This document shows positions 31,041-40,125 of a DNA stretch of 64,000 bases, piece by piece; within the stretch, counting starts at the first letter, position 1; each line of letters opens with the position of its first letter. The notes under the pieces are model-generated. The model was not told the origin of the DNA. It saw only the letters and a list, made by a program, of their open reading frames with translations, and ran no database searches. Source of the DNA: Nisaea sp. (lineage in GTDB: Bacteria; Pseudomonadota; Alphaproteobacteria; Thalassobaculales; Thalassobaculaceae). The DNA lies in the NCBI RefSeq assembly GCF_965216895.1, contig NZ_OZ244205.1, forward strand, positions 34,791 to 98,790, written 5' to 3'. The position numbers and the translations under genes were made by a program.

Positions 31041-31455
31041 GTTGTCCCGTCAAATGGCGCGGCCGTATCGGGGCCTGTCGGGACGGATGTATCAGGCGAG
31101 GACAGCGGCATGCAAGATCGCCGCTCGGCGGTTGCCCGCTTAACCGCTGAAATTGGCGCGCACCCCTTTGCCTGCCGCACGCCGGGACCCCGGCACGGTG
31201 TGCTCGGTTATTGATTTCAAGAAGTTGAAAACGCATCCGCCAAGATGCGGTAATTGTGCCGCATCATTCCCATGCAGGTTCTGACCGGGCCTTCGTGGGC
31301 GGAGAGCGTCGGAGAAAAGAGCGCCACCTATGATTGCCCCGGTTACTCGTGCGGTACGGTCGAGCAGCCGACCGTCAGCGAAGTTGCCTGCAATCGGGCG
31401 GGGCGCGAACCAGGATGCTTCCTTCTGCTGCAAAGGGAGGGAGTGTCCTGCACGG

Positions 31456-32577
31456 TCATCGGGCCTCTTCGCCTTGGGGAATGGGGGCGGTGTCCGACTT
31501 GGCGCTGATAGTTTGCAAGGCATCGAAGAAGGTCGCGACAGTCGCTTTCGGCAGGCCGCGCGTAATGAAGATGATCTTGCTGCGGTGGTCTTCCGTCGGC
31601 CAGGTGTCGAGCCAGACCGGTTCGTGGAAGATATGCTGAACGCCGTGAATAATGACCGGCGTTCCCGGTTTCTCGAGGATATTCAGGATTCCTTTGACGC
31701 GGAGAAGGTCCGAGCCCTTGTAGGAGATCAGGAGGTCGAGGGCGACTGTGAAGGCGGCGGCGCTGATGGGCCTGTCCAGCTCCAGGCTGAAGGCTTCGAT
31801 GTCCGCGCCATGACGGTTGATATCGTGATGATGTTCGCCATGGTGATGCCCATGATCGTGATCGTGATGATGCGGATGGTTATGACCATCCGAGTAGGCC
31901 TCTGAATTGAGCCATTTCTGAACGTCGAGGCTCTTCGAGTGGGGATCGTAAAGCGACGTATTGAAGAGTTCCCTCAGGTCGAATGCGGGATCGTTCCGGT
32001 CGAGGATTCCGGCGCCGGGGTTGAGCTTGTGCAGTCGGGCCCTCAGAGCCATGAGATCCGAGCGGGATGTCGGATCACACGCCATGTCCGTCTTGGTCAG
32101 GATGAGACGGTCCGCCACGGCGACCTGCTTGACGCTTTCTTCGTGGTTCTCGAACGTCATTTCGGCCGTGACGATATCCACCGCCGTGACCACGCCGCCA
32201 AGCATATAGCGCCGTCCGAGCCGTGGGTCGGTCATCAGGGTATGAATAACCGGCGCAGGGTCGGCCAAACCGGTCGTTTCGATGATCAGGCGGTCGAACG
32301 CCGGGATTTGTCCTTCGCCCTGGCGCCGATGCAGGCTGAGAAGCGTCTCCCGGACATCGCCGCGGATGGTGCAGCAAAGACACCCGGAGGTCATTTCGAC
32401 GGTCTGTTCAAGGGAATGTTCGACCAGGAACCCGTCAAGGCCGACCTCTCCGAACTCGTTAACGACGACGGCCGTATCGCTGAACCTGGGATCGCGCAGG
32501 ACCTGCGTCAGCAGAGTTGACTTGCCGCTTCCCAGAAAGCCGGTGAGCAGGGTTACGGGAATTGGCGATCCGGTCAT
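31456..32577 (-). CDS. COG0523/CobW-family metallochaperone GTPase
   Basis: GFLGSGKST, NEFGE, GCLCC, ETTGLA.P, His-rich tract HNHPHHHDHDHGHHHGEHHH, LLRVKG. Confidence 0.95.
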   Translation of the reverse strand: MTGSPIPVTLLTGFLGSGKSTLLTQVLRDPRFSDTAVVVNEFGEVGLDGFLVEHSLEQTVEMTSGCLCCTIRGDVRETLLSLHRRQGEGQIPAFDRLIIETTGLADPAPVIHTLMTDPRLGRRYMLGGVVTAVDIVTAEMTFENHEESVKQVAVADRLILTKTDMACDPTSRSDLMALRARLHKLNPGAGILDRNDPAFDLRELFNTSLYDPHSKSLDVQKWLNSEAYSDGHNHPHHHDHDHGHHHGEHHHDINRHGADIEAFSLELDRPISAAAFTVALDLLISYKGSDLLRVKGILNILEKPGTPVIIHGVQHIFHEPVWLDTWPTEDHRSKIIFITRGLPKATVATFFDALQTISAKSDTAPIPQGEEAR

Positions 32578-32999
32578 TGCAGGGCCTTACCTTTCGCGCC
32601 TTCGTTGCACTCGATGCAGCAGCCCTTGAGTTCGACACTTCCCGTCCGGACGTCGAAACCGATGTCGTTGGCTATTTCCCTGAGCCGTGATTCGATGGCT
32701 GGATCCGAAAACTCGGAGACCGCACCGCATTGCTCGCAGATGGCAAAGACACCGGGGCTGGCGTGCTTGGGGCAGGTGCAGATTATATAGGCGTTGAGGG
32801 ACTCGATCCGGTGAACGATGCCGCGCGCGATGAGCCGATCGAGCGCACGGTAAACGGTAGGCGGTCCGGACACGCCGTCGCTCTGCAACCGATCCAGAAT
32901 CTGATAGGCGGTCAGCGGACCGTTGGCGCGATTAAGCACGCGGAGCGTGAGGAGTTCATTGGAGCCGCGTTTTTTTGCAGTGTTTTGTGCGAGACTCAT
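32574..32999 (-). CDS. zur: Fur-family regulator, Zur-like
   Basis: LTAYQIL..L, PPTVYRALD.L...G.VHRIES.NAYI.C, CEQC and CIEC; ATGA-coupled to the COG0523 gene. Confidence 0.8.
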   Translation of the reverse strand: MSLAQNTAKKRGSNELLTLRVLNRANGPLTAYQILDRLQSDGVSGPPTVYRALDRLIARGIVHRIESLNAYIICTCPKHASPGVFAICEQCGAVSEFSDPAIESRLREIANDIGFDVRTGSVELKGCCIECNEGAKGKALQ

Positions 33000-33048
33000 G
33001 GGGCTCCAAGACTGGTAAGCGGATCACGGATGGTTTCATTATTCAATA

Positions 33049-33070
33049 ATGTAATGTTATATCATTACAT
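33049..33070. promoter_or_regulatory. Zur-box-like operator
   Basis: ATGTAATGTTATATCATTACAT, 10 of 11 positions palindromic, about 50 nt upstream of zur. Confidence 0.75.
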
Positions 33071-33296
33071 GCACAAACAGAAACCGAGCATGAGAGCTCG
33101 AACGCTGGTTGGCCGAGGATTTCGCTGTTGCCTGAGGCGGGATCGCGCACCGCTTCTTCTTGCCGGCGAGACAGGGAAGGGCAGGTTCTTGGCGAAGAGA
33201 CTCTGCGCTGTCCTGCTATTTGGGCGGCCGCTACGGCGCCGACGCAAGTGAATCAATATCGTCCCAAGAGACGCGCGCACGGCAGTTGCTTGGCGA

Positions 33297-33324
33297 TTGA
33301 CCGCCCAAGCTGTTTGGCTATTAT
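33297..33324 (+). promoter_or_regulatory. Sigma70 promoter of tRNA-Leu
   Basis: TTGACC-N16-TATTAT followed by a GC-rich discriminator (GCGCGC). Confidence 0.55.
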
Positions 33325-33346
33325 GCGCGCTCCTCGCCGAGGCGGG

Positions 33347-33433
33347 GCCCCTGTGGCGGAATCGGTAGACGCGGCAGACTCAAAATCTGTTTCCGGCAAC
33401 GGAGTGGGAGTTCAAGTCTCCCCGGGGGCACCA
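33347..33433 (+). tRNA. tRNA-Leu(CAA)
   Basis: Acceptor stem GCCCCTG/CGGGGGC, D-loop GGTAGAC, anticodon arm GCAGA-CT-CAA-AA-TCTGT (anticodon 33381-33383), long variable arm, TTCAAGT T-loop, encoded CCA; 87 nt. Confidence 0.97.
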
Positions 33434-33560
33434 AATCATCGCTGGATGTTTGCAGGTATGCGCAATTCCGCGGCACGCGCTGCAATCCATCAGTTATCCG
33501 GGCAGGCCGGTCCGTTCTCGCGCAACCGACGGCACATCGCGCCTCCAGGCGCCATGCGGC

Positions 33561-35633
33561 CTAGCTCTTTTGCGATAAGACCCATGCGCCATCCCAGTGC
33601 TCCGGCGGGTGCTCGATCAGGCTCTTGCACCGCGCGATGTAGACGCTGGTGACCGGGTCGTCCGGAGCATCGGATCGACATTCCCTGAACAGCCGCAAGG
33701 CCGCGTCGAAATCGCCCCGTCGGTAGGACCGGACTGCGCCGGCAAGCAGCTCCGGATCGGTGCGGAACTCGGCCTGGCCCGGACGGAGCAGTTCGAAAAT
33801 CGTGCAGGCTTCGGTCCGGCCCTTGACGACAACACGGTCGATTTCACGAAACTCCAGAGCGTCGGGTGCTTCGAGAAGGGCGTGCGTGCGATCGGTGAAA
33901 ATGGCCGAGGCACCATAGAGCCTTGTCAGCCCTTCGACCCGCGATGCGAGATTCGCGGTATCGCCAATGACGTTTGAATCGAGCCGCCTTCCGCCGCCCA
34001 ATGCTCCGATCATCAACGGACCGCTATTGATTCCGAGGCCGAAGAATATCGGCCTCTCGCCCCGGTTCTCGCGCTCGCGATTGAAGGCGATCTGGGTGTC
34101 CATCATGGCTTCGGCGCATCGCAGCGCATCGTCGGCGGACCCCGGAAACAATGCCATGATCGCATCTCCAAGATACTGGTTGATGAATCCGTTCGCATCC
34201 GCGATCAGGGGCTCCATCGTTGCCAGGAATTCGTTGAGAGCGACGAAAATTTCGGTCGGACCCAGTCTTTCGGACAGCATTGTGAAGCCGCGAATATCGG
34301 CGAACAGGACGCTCATGGTTTTCAGAACGCTGTCACCGGTCCGGATCTCCTCGATGCTGGATCTGTCCAGAAGCTCGAGAAACTGGAAGGGAACGAAACG
34401 GCTATAGGACTTGGTCAGGCTGGCTAGCCGCTGATTGTGCGCCATGACCTGGGCATTCAGTTGACGGTTTGTCCACAGCCCGCCCGCCTGACGGACGAGG
34501 ACGGAAAAGGCTACGCGGATATCGGGCCAGATTTGCTCGTAGAAATCCATGTTTTCGGCGGTCACCCCGGCAAGAATGACACCGCCGAGTTCGTCGTGTC
34601 GGTCAAGGAACGGGCAGATGATCGCCGTCGCGAAACCGAGGTCGGACCATTGTTGCAGGACCTCGCTCTGCTCGTCCGCTATCCAGCATTCTCGGCAAGA
34701 GAACCATTCGTTCCGGTAGGGCAGGAAGCTTGGTGCGTTCTCTAGGCCAAACTGGGAGACAATCTCCATTCGTGCCGGACGTGCCCCGTCGATCTGCATG
34801 AAGACGGCGGCTTCCAGCTCGAAAGCCTCGATGATGGCTTCGAGTGTGAGCTGGAAAAACGCCCCATCGTTTTCGACATCCAGGGTCTTGGCTGTGTATT
34901 CCTGAATGGACTTGAACCGCATCAACTCGTCATCGACCTGATCTTTGGCGCGGATAAGGTCGCGCTGGAGAACGAGCTGGCGTCCATGCTCCGTTTCCAG
35001 GCGGCGATTTTGTTCGATCAACTCGAGATTCAGGGCTCTGTTGTTGAGGACAGAACCGATCTGGCGCGCCATCACCGTGAATGCTGCGCTCCTCTCCGCC
35101 GTGATCGGCTCATAGTGTTCGCAATTGTCTGTCGTGACGCCGCCCAGAATGATGCCGCTCAACGTGCCGTTCGCGCTCCAGAGCGGACAGGCTATCGCTT
35201 CTCGCAGCCCCAGCGAGCGCCAGCTTGCGAGGATGGCATTGTTCTCATTGATCAGGCTGCTGGATTGGTCAGTGAACCATGCGGTCTCGTAATCCAGGTC
35301 GACCGGTTTTTGGTCGAAGCCGAAATGGCCCGCGGTCTGCAACTTACCCGGGGTATCCGAGGGGCGCAGGACGAGTGCGACTTCGAACTCGAAGGCATCG
35401 ATCACCGCTTCAAGCGCGTTGTCGAGAAAATCTCTGTCCGAGTCGGCGGCGAGAGATGTTTCGAAAAAGCTCTGGATGGTCTGGAAGCGCCGGAGCTCCT
35501 GATCGATCCGGGATTTCGCCGCGGTCAGCTCGCGCTCGAGTACCAGTTGCTCCGCAATCCGTTCTTCGAGCCGGGCACAATGCGCACTGAGCTCGTCATA
35601 GCTTGACCGACGATCCTTCACCGACCTCGCCAA
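33561..35633 (-). CDS. Class III nucleotide cyclase with two tandem coiled-coil/GAF-like repeats and a TPR-like tail
   Basis: VLFADIRGFT, INQYLGDAIMALF, GINSG, DSNVIGDTANLASR; 190-aa internal repeat; C-terminal WDG. Confidence 0.9.
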   Translation of the reverse strand: MARSVKDRRSSYDELSAHCARLEERIAEQLVLERELTAAKSRIDQELRRFQTIQSFFETSLAADSDRDFLDNALEAVIDAFEFEVALVLRPSDTPGKLQTAGHFGFDQKPVDLDYETAWFTDQSSSLINENNAILASWRSLGLREAIACPLWSANGTLSGIILGGVTTDNCEHYEPITAERSAAFTVMARQIGSVLNNRALNLELIEQNRRLETEHGRQLVLQRDLIRAKDQVDDELMRFKSIQEYTAKTLDVENDGAFFQLTLEAIIEAFELEAAVFMQIDGARPARMEIVSQFGLENAPSFLPYRNEWFSCRECWIADEQSEVLQQWSDLGFATAIICPFLDRHDELGGVILAGVTAENMDFYEQIWPDIRVAFSVLVRQAGGLWTNRQLNAQVMAHNQRLASLTKSYSRFVPFQFLELLDRSSIEEIRTGDSVLKTMSVLFADIRGFTMLSERLGPTEIFVALNEFLATMEPLIADANGFINQYLGDAIMALFPGSADDALRCAEAMMDTQIAFNRERENRGERPIFFGLGINSGPLMIGALGGGRRLDSNVIGDTANLASRVEGLTRLYGASAIFTDRTHALLEAPDALEFREIDRVVVKGRTEACTIFELLRPGQAEFRTDPELLAGAVRSYRRGDFDAALRLFRECRSDAPDDPVTSVYIARCKSLIEHPPEHWDGAWVLSQKS

Positions 35634-35648
35634 TGCCGGAAGGCCAGA

Positions 35649-36854
35649 CTAGTTGGCCACGTTGCGCACGATCGGGAACAGCGACGTCGTGTAGCTGTGA
35701 AACGCGTTTTTCCCCGCGAGCCTGGCATATTCGCTGAAACCGTAGATTCCGAGCCAGGGCACCATCTCATCTCCGCAGATCGGGTGCTGCATCTTTGCAA
35801 TGATCTCGTCCTTCAGCACGCGGTTGAACATCAGGCGGCCCCGGGCCATGCAGTCGGCATGGAAAACCGCGACCGGCCTGCGGCCGGCCAGCCGATCGCC
35901 CAAGCGCTTCATCAGGCGGTCGACACCCTCGAAAATGAGATGTTCGTCCCGCTGCATCAAAGTGTACCTGGTGCCGACGGCAACGGAGGTCGGCAGATAG
36001 AAAGATTGCTGATCGTCCGACACCTTGATCGGAACGCGCAGGATCTGCGGATTGTCGTAGTCGGCGCTTTCTTCGTCGTTCAGATCCATACCCAGGCCGG
36101 CGATCGGAAGGGCATCGGCCGGAGGGGTAGCGGCCGGGAGCCCGAGCTTGGCCATCAGTGTGGGCCACGCGGGTTGTCCGTCCAGTTCCAGTATCCGGTT
36201 GGCGTCGCATTTCGTGACCTCGAACGCCACCGCTTCGAGCGGCACGGATCCATGGTGAACGCCGGTAACAAGCTCGAGCGAGGGATCTGAAAAACCGACA
36301 AGGACCAGTCCGTCTTCCATGACATTCTCGTCGTGGAACTGGAAGGTCCGCTTTGCCTTTCCGTTGTCCGCCGTCGTCAGACCGAAGATCGTGATGTCGG
36401 CGCCAAACACCTCTTCGATGCCGTCAATCACCTTGTCGCCCGAAACATCGAGCCCGGCAGAAAGGACATAGATCATATTGATGTTGTCGGATTGTGCTTT
36501 CAGGTCTGTCGCGACAGATCGGGCGAGGTCCGCCGAGTTCCGGCCGTTCAAGCCGGCTCCGGATGCAACGGAAATCTCGTCCCCGGTGATGGCCATGAGT
36601 GCCAAGGATCGCATCGTCTCGCTGACGCCTTCACTCGCGATCACGCCGCTGCCACTTCCTCCGACGATCTGGGCGGTCGGACAGGCTTCCCGCGCGGCGG
36701 CGATGAGTTGCGGAAAACTGTGCCCAACGGTCGAATAGACGATCAGCAGGTTGCAACTGTCGGCGTCGTCCTCCTCGAAAGCGCGATCAAGGGATTCCCT
36801 GACCGCAGTATTGGGGTTTACGGCATTGCTGCTTCCGGACCGGAAATGCAGCAT
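35649..36854 (-). CDS. FIST-domain protein (FIST_N plus FIST_C; NosP-like)
   Basis: IVGGSGSG.I, VHHG..P, VTKC..NRILELDGQPA, DCMARG, G.YGFSE; GGAGG RBS before MLHF. Confidence 0.82.
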   Translation of the reverse strand: MLHFRSGSSNAVNPNTAVRESLDRAFEEDDADSCNLLIVYSTVGHSFPQLIAAAREACPTAQIVGGSGSGVIASEGVSETMRSLALMAITGDEISVASGAGLNGRNSADLARSVATDLKAQSDNINMIYVLSAGLDVSGDKVIDGIEEVFGADITIFGLTTADNGKAKRTFQFHDENVMEDGLVLVGFSDPSLELVTGVHHGSVPLEAVAFEVTKCDANRILELDGQPAWPTLMAKLGLPAATPPADALPIAGLGMDLNDEESADYDNPQILRVPIKVSDDQQSFYLPTSVAVGTRYTLMQRDEHLIFEGVDRLMKRLGDRLAGRRPVAVFHADCMARGRLMFNRVLKDEIIAKMQHPICGDEMVPWLGIYGFSEYARLAGKNAFHSYTTSLFPIVRNVAN

Positions 36855-37418
36855 GGTTTCCTCCCAGACCGCCGTTTTCCGGCGTTTATTGATTGACACA
36901 AAAGAAACTGTATTTTGAGTATCGATCGAGTATAGCCGAACTCTCGCGCAATGTACGATTTTCGACCTTCTTAAAACCAGTTGAGGCGAAGAGGCGGTCG
37001 GTAGCCAATCTTCTCTGGGCACAGGAACAGGCAATCTTCCGGGCTGCGGTCCCCGAAGTGGGGCATCGCGCCTCTCCTGCGCGCATGCGGTCGAGGCCCA
37101 AGAGCCGCATGCGTGAGGGAACGGTGCGGGACGCGACAACGACCGCTGCGGCGGAGCCTCTTCGAGCGACGTATTCAGTCGGGATAGACCGCCAGCCGGC
37201 GAATAGCCGCCATGCCCGTCGCCATCGTCGACAGCACAATCCGGCGGCCGGTCGCTCAATCGCGGATATTCTTGCGAAACCGCGCAAGAGGCGCTCGGGC
37301 ACTGATGCCGATCAATGTCCTGAGGATACCAGGTTTCCGTGGCCCTGACCTGGTCTGCTACGCGACAAAGAAAGGAAAAGGCACTTCAAACATTCTCTCC
37401 CGGAAGAGAGAGCCTCGC

Positions 37419-37655
37419 TTATTTCAGTGCTTCGGCGGCGTTCAGGTAGGACTGGCAGGCATCGACCTTGAGTTGGTCGCCGGCGGCTTCCTCGACGCAG
37501 GCCTGATACTGCTCCACAAGCTTCAGCCGCTGACGGGCGACGTCTTCCTGTGCCTCGAAAGCCTTTTCCTGCGCTTTGGCAGCGTCATCTGCCGGCGTTG
37601 AACAGCCGGCCAGGAAGCCGGCGAGGAGAATCGTTACCGGAAGGTAATGGCGCAT
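37419..37655 (-). CDS. Small hypothetical lipoprotein
   Basis: Lipobox LAG-C, helical 78 aa, two further Cys. Confidence 0.7.
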   Translation of the reverse strand: MRHYLPVTILLAGFLAGCSTPADDAAKAQEKAFEAQEDVARQRLKLVEQYQACVEEAAGDQLKVDACQSYLNAAEALK

Positions 37656-37894
37656 GATAGTGGCTCCGTTGCGATATCTGGGACTGAAGCGAGGATCTGG
37701 CGACCAGAATTGCCGTCAGTGTCCTGATTTGCAAGAGGCTGGCTCGATCCGGCTCACGACATTGTTCGGTCCCAGCATGGCTGTCGGAAACATGGTCTCC
37801 GGAAGAGATCGATACCGCGCCTCTGCGTGGTTCAATCTATGGGAATAGATCGGCACTCAACATCGCTCGTTGCCTCGCGATAGGGCCGTGCGCA

Positions 37895-37910
37895 GTAACC
37901 GTTCCTTAAC
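37895..37910 (+). promoter_or_regulatory. CtrA-like binding site
   Basis: GTAA-CCGTTCC-TTAAC versus TTAA-N7-TTAAC, one mismatch. Confidence 0.45.
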
Positions 37911-38000
37911 GCGATTATGGCCACACTGCGCTAAATTCTTGCAAAAACAGCGATTTTTTGCGGTAATTGAGGTAATCACCAATGCTCGGGGTGTCGCCAT

Positions 38001-39233
38001 ATGGCGAACAACATTAATGTCGCGCAGACATTTGAACGGCGCGGGACGACCGTGCCTTTCACGGCGAACGAGTCGCTGCGTCACGTGCGCGCCCGGATCT
38101 ATCAGCATGGCAATGACAGGGTGCTCGAGGCCGTGATCCCGAGCCTCGGCGGCGGACGGCGGGGCGAGTTGATGGTGGTGCCCTGGAAGGATCTTCCGGA
38201 TTTCGTCCAGCTCAACGAACGGGACCTGCAATTGCACGACGGTGTTCCTGGGATCGTCGGAAAAAACGGAATCGATCCGTTGCAGGTCCGCGATCTGGTC
38301 AACAAGGTGAATGCCGCCTATTCGGACGATCCGGACGTCCGTGCCCAAGCCCAGGCGCAGGCGAAACAGGACAGCGAGGACAAGGAAGTGGTCCGCATGT
38401 CCTGTATCGCGCAGCTGATGAAGGAGTGCGGGATCGAACGGGGCGATCCGGTGATGGCGAACGCCAATACCAAGACCCTCGTCGAGTTGATGACGGCGGA
38501 GGAATCAAAGACCCATTTCGACCTCGAGATGCTGATCGACCGGGTGTTCCTCTTCGCCTCCCAGCGCAGCGGGGTCAGCGTCGAGAATGTCCGTGAATGG
38601 CTGGAGCCGCTGGTCGGACTGATCACGCCCTTCGGCACGGTGAAGGGCACGCAGAAGGACCGGACCAACGGGCATCTGTTCCTCGAACATGTGAATCTGA
38701 TGGAATTCCGTAAATCCGTCGCGGCCTATCTCGAGGAGAAGCCCGACGAATACGCTGCAACGGCGGAGATTCTGCTTCAGGTGATCGATCAGACCATCAT
38801 GTATGTCGACGAGCGGATCGTGACACTGGACTCCCTGCTCGGCAGTTTCGCCAATGTCTTCGGCAAGCAGGACGCGAATGTGTCCTACCTGATCAAGCTG
38901 CGCCGGGATGTGGCCTTTGCGCTGGACGGCTGGTCGAGCCTGATCGAGCGTTGGACGGAGGCGGATGCCGACGATTGCAAGGTCGCGGGCAGCACGGAAC
39001 ATCGCGACAGGGCCGTTGCCTATGTCATGAGCTTCCTGCCGATCATCCCGCACAAGGAGCTCTATCCGGACGACGGGTTCGATACCCAGGCAAGCATCGA
39101 GCGTGCCCGTGTGAAGATCGTTTCCGCAATGCACTCCTGGTCGACAGAGGAACTCGATGTCGAACTGGCGCGTCGGGTCGAGAAAGGGCAGAAGCAGGTC
39201 GATGACAAGGAGGCCGGGCGGCTGATTTCCTGA
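38001..39233 (+). CDS. Hypothetical protein, 410 aa
   Basis: Long ORF with genome-like codon usage and soluble composition; N-terminus (TFERRG..VPFT...R.R...P...GG.RG...VPW) recalls an uncharacterised Rhodospirillales family. Confidence 0.8.
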   Translation: MANNINVAQTFERRGTTVPFTANESLRHVRARIYQHGNDRVLEAVIPSLGGGRRGELMVVPWKDLPDFVQLNERDLQLHDGVPGIVGKNGIDPLQVRDLVNKVNAAYSDDPDVRAQAQAQAKQDSEDKEVVRMSCIAQLMKECGIERGDPVMANANTKTLVELMTAEESKTHFDLEMLIDRVFLFASQRSGVSVENVREWLEPLVGLITPFGTVKGTQKDRTNGHLFLEHVNLMEFRKSVAAYLEEKPDEYAATAEILLQVIDQTIMYVDERIVTLDSLLGSFANVFGKQDANVSYLIKLRRDVAFALDGWSSLIERWTEADADDCKVAGSTEHRDRAVAYVMSFLPIIPHKELYPDDGFDTQASIERARVKIVSAMHSWSTEELDVELARRVEKGQKQVDDKEAGRLIS

Positions 39234-39246
39234 CCCGCGGACGCCT

Positions 39247-40125
39247 TCAGACGCGCTTCGGCTGCGGTAGCACCACCATTGCCACGCCGCCCGCCGTGAC
39301 CAGGATGCCGATGCCGGCGATGATGCTGATCTCTTCCCCGAAGGCGATATAGGCCATCAGGGCCGCTGTTGGCGGTACGAGATAGAACAGGCTCGCCACC
39401 TTGGTTGCCTGTCCATGCTTGATCAGCATCATCAGCAGGGAAAAGGCGCCGAGCGAGACGGCGAGCGAGGACCAGAGAAATGCCCCGATGAATGCCGGTT
39501 CCCAGACCAGCACCATGGTCTCGAACAGAGCGGCGCCGGCCAGTGTGACGAGACACCCGGTGGCCGCCATGATTGCGTTGCCGGTCAGCAGGTTCATCTC
39601 CGCGGCGTTCCGCCTCTGGTAGAGCGTGCCGAAGCTGATGGAGAAGAGGGCAAGTACCGAAAAGCCGATGCCGAGGAGGGTGACGCCCTCGACGCTGATC
39701 CGGTCCGAGAGCACGAGTGCCATGCCTGCGAACCCGACAAGGCAGCCGGCCCATTGGCGCCGGCTCGGCGGTTCGCCGAGAAAGAGGCCGGCGGCGATGG
39801 CGGTCAGGACCGGCTGCAAGCCCGAGACCAGCGCAACCAGTCCGGAAGGCATGCCGCCCCTGATCGCGATGAACACGCTCGAGAGATAGACGGCGTGAAG
39901 GAATAGCCCGACCACGGCGATATCGAAATAGGAGCGCGGGGAGCGCGGCCAGGGGGCTCTCGCCGCCAGCGCCATGGCGACGAACATCACCGTGACGAAA
40001 CCGAAGCGCGTGGCGAGGAAAGTGAAGGGCTCGACATGGGCGACGCCGAATTTGGCGGCGATGAAGGCAGAACTCCAGAGGATCACGAAGATCATCGGAG
40101 CGACGACCTGCGACAGGAAGGTCAT
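39247..40125 (-). CDS. EamA/DMT-family transporter
   Basis: WSSAFIAAKFG, PFTFL..RF, LQPVLTA, V.SLFYLVPP; about 10 TM segments; ATGA overlap with upstream gene. Confidence 0.92.
   Translation of the reverse strand: MTFLSQVVAPMIFVILWSSAFIAAKFGVAHVEPFTFLATRFGFVTVMFVAMALAARAPWPRSPRSYFDIAVVGLFLHAVYLSSVFIAIRGGMPSGLVALVSGLQPVLTAIAAGLFLGEPPSRRQWAGCLVGFAGMALVLSDRISVEGVTLLGIGFSVLALFSISFGTLYQRRNAAEMNLLTGNAIMAATGCLVTLAGAALFETMVLVWEPAFIGAFLWSSLAVSLGAFSLLMMLIKHGQATKVASLFYLVPPTAALMAYIAFGEEISIIAGIGILVTAGGVAMVVLPQPKRV

Noticed and set aside
31130-31165. Faint similarity to the tRNA-Leu promoter region, as a possible duplication scar; also the Cys-rich ORF 31254-31508
   Set aside because: Only scattered short matches needing gaps; the ORF has no RBS or recognisable pattern
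36893-37348. 151-aa plus-strand ORF and the hairpin at 37081-37114 in the FIST upstream gap
   Set aside because: Low-complexity Arg/Ala-rich translation, no RBS or motif; a single hairpin is not diagnostic
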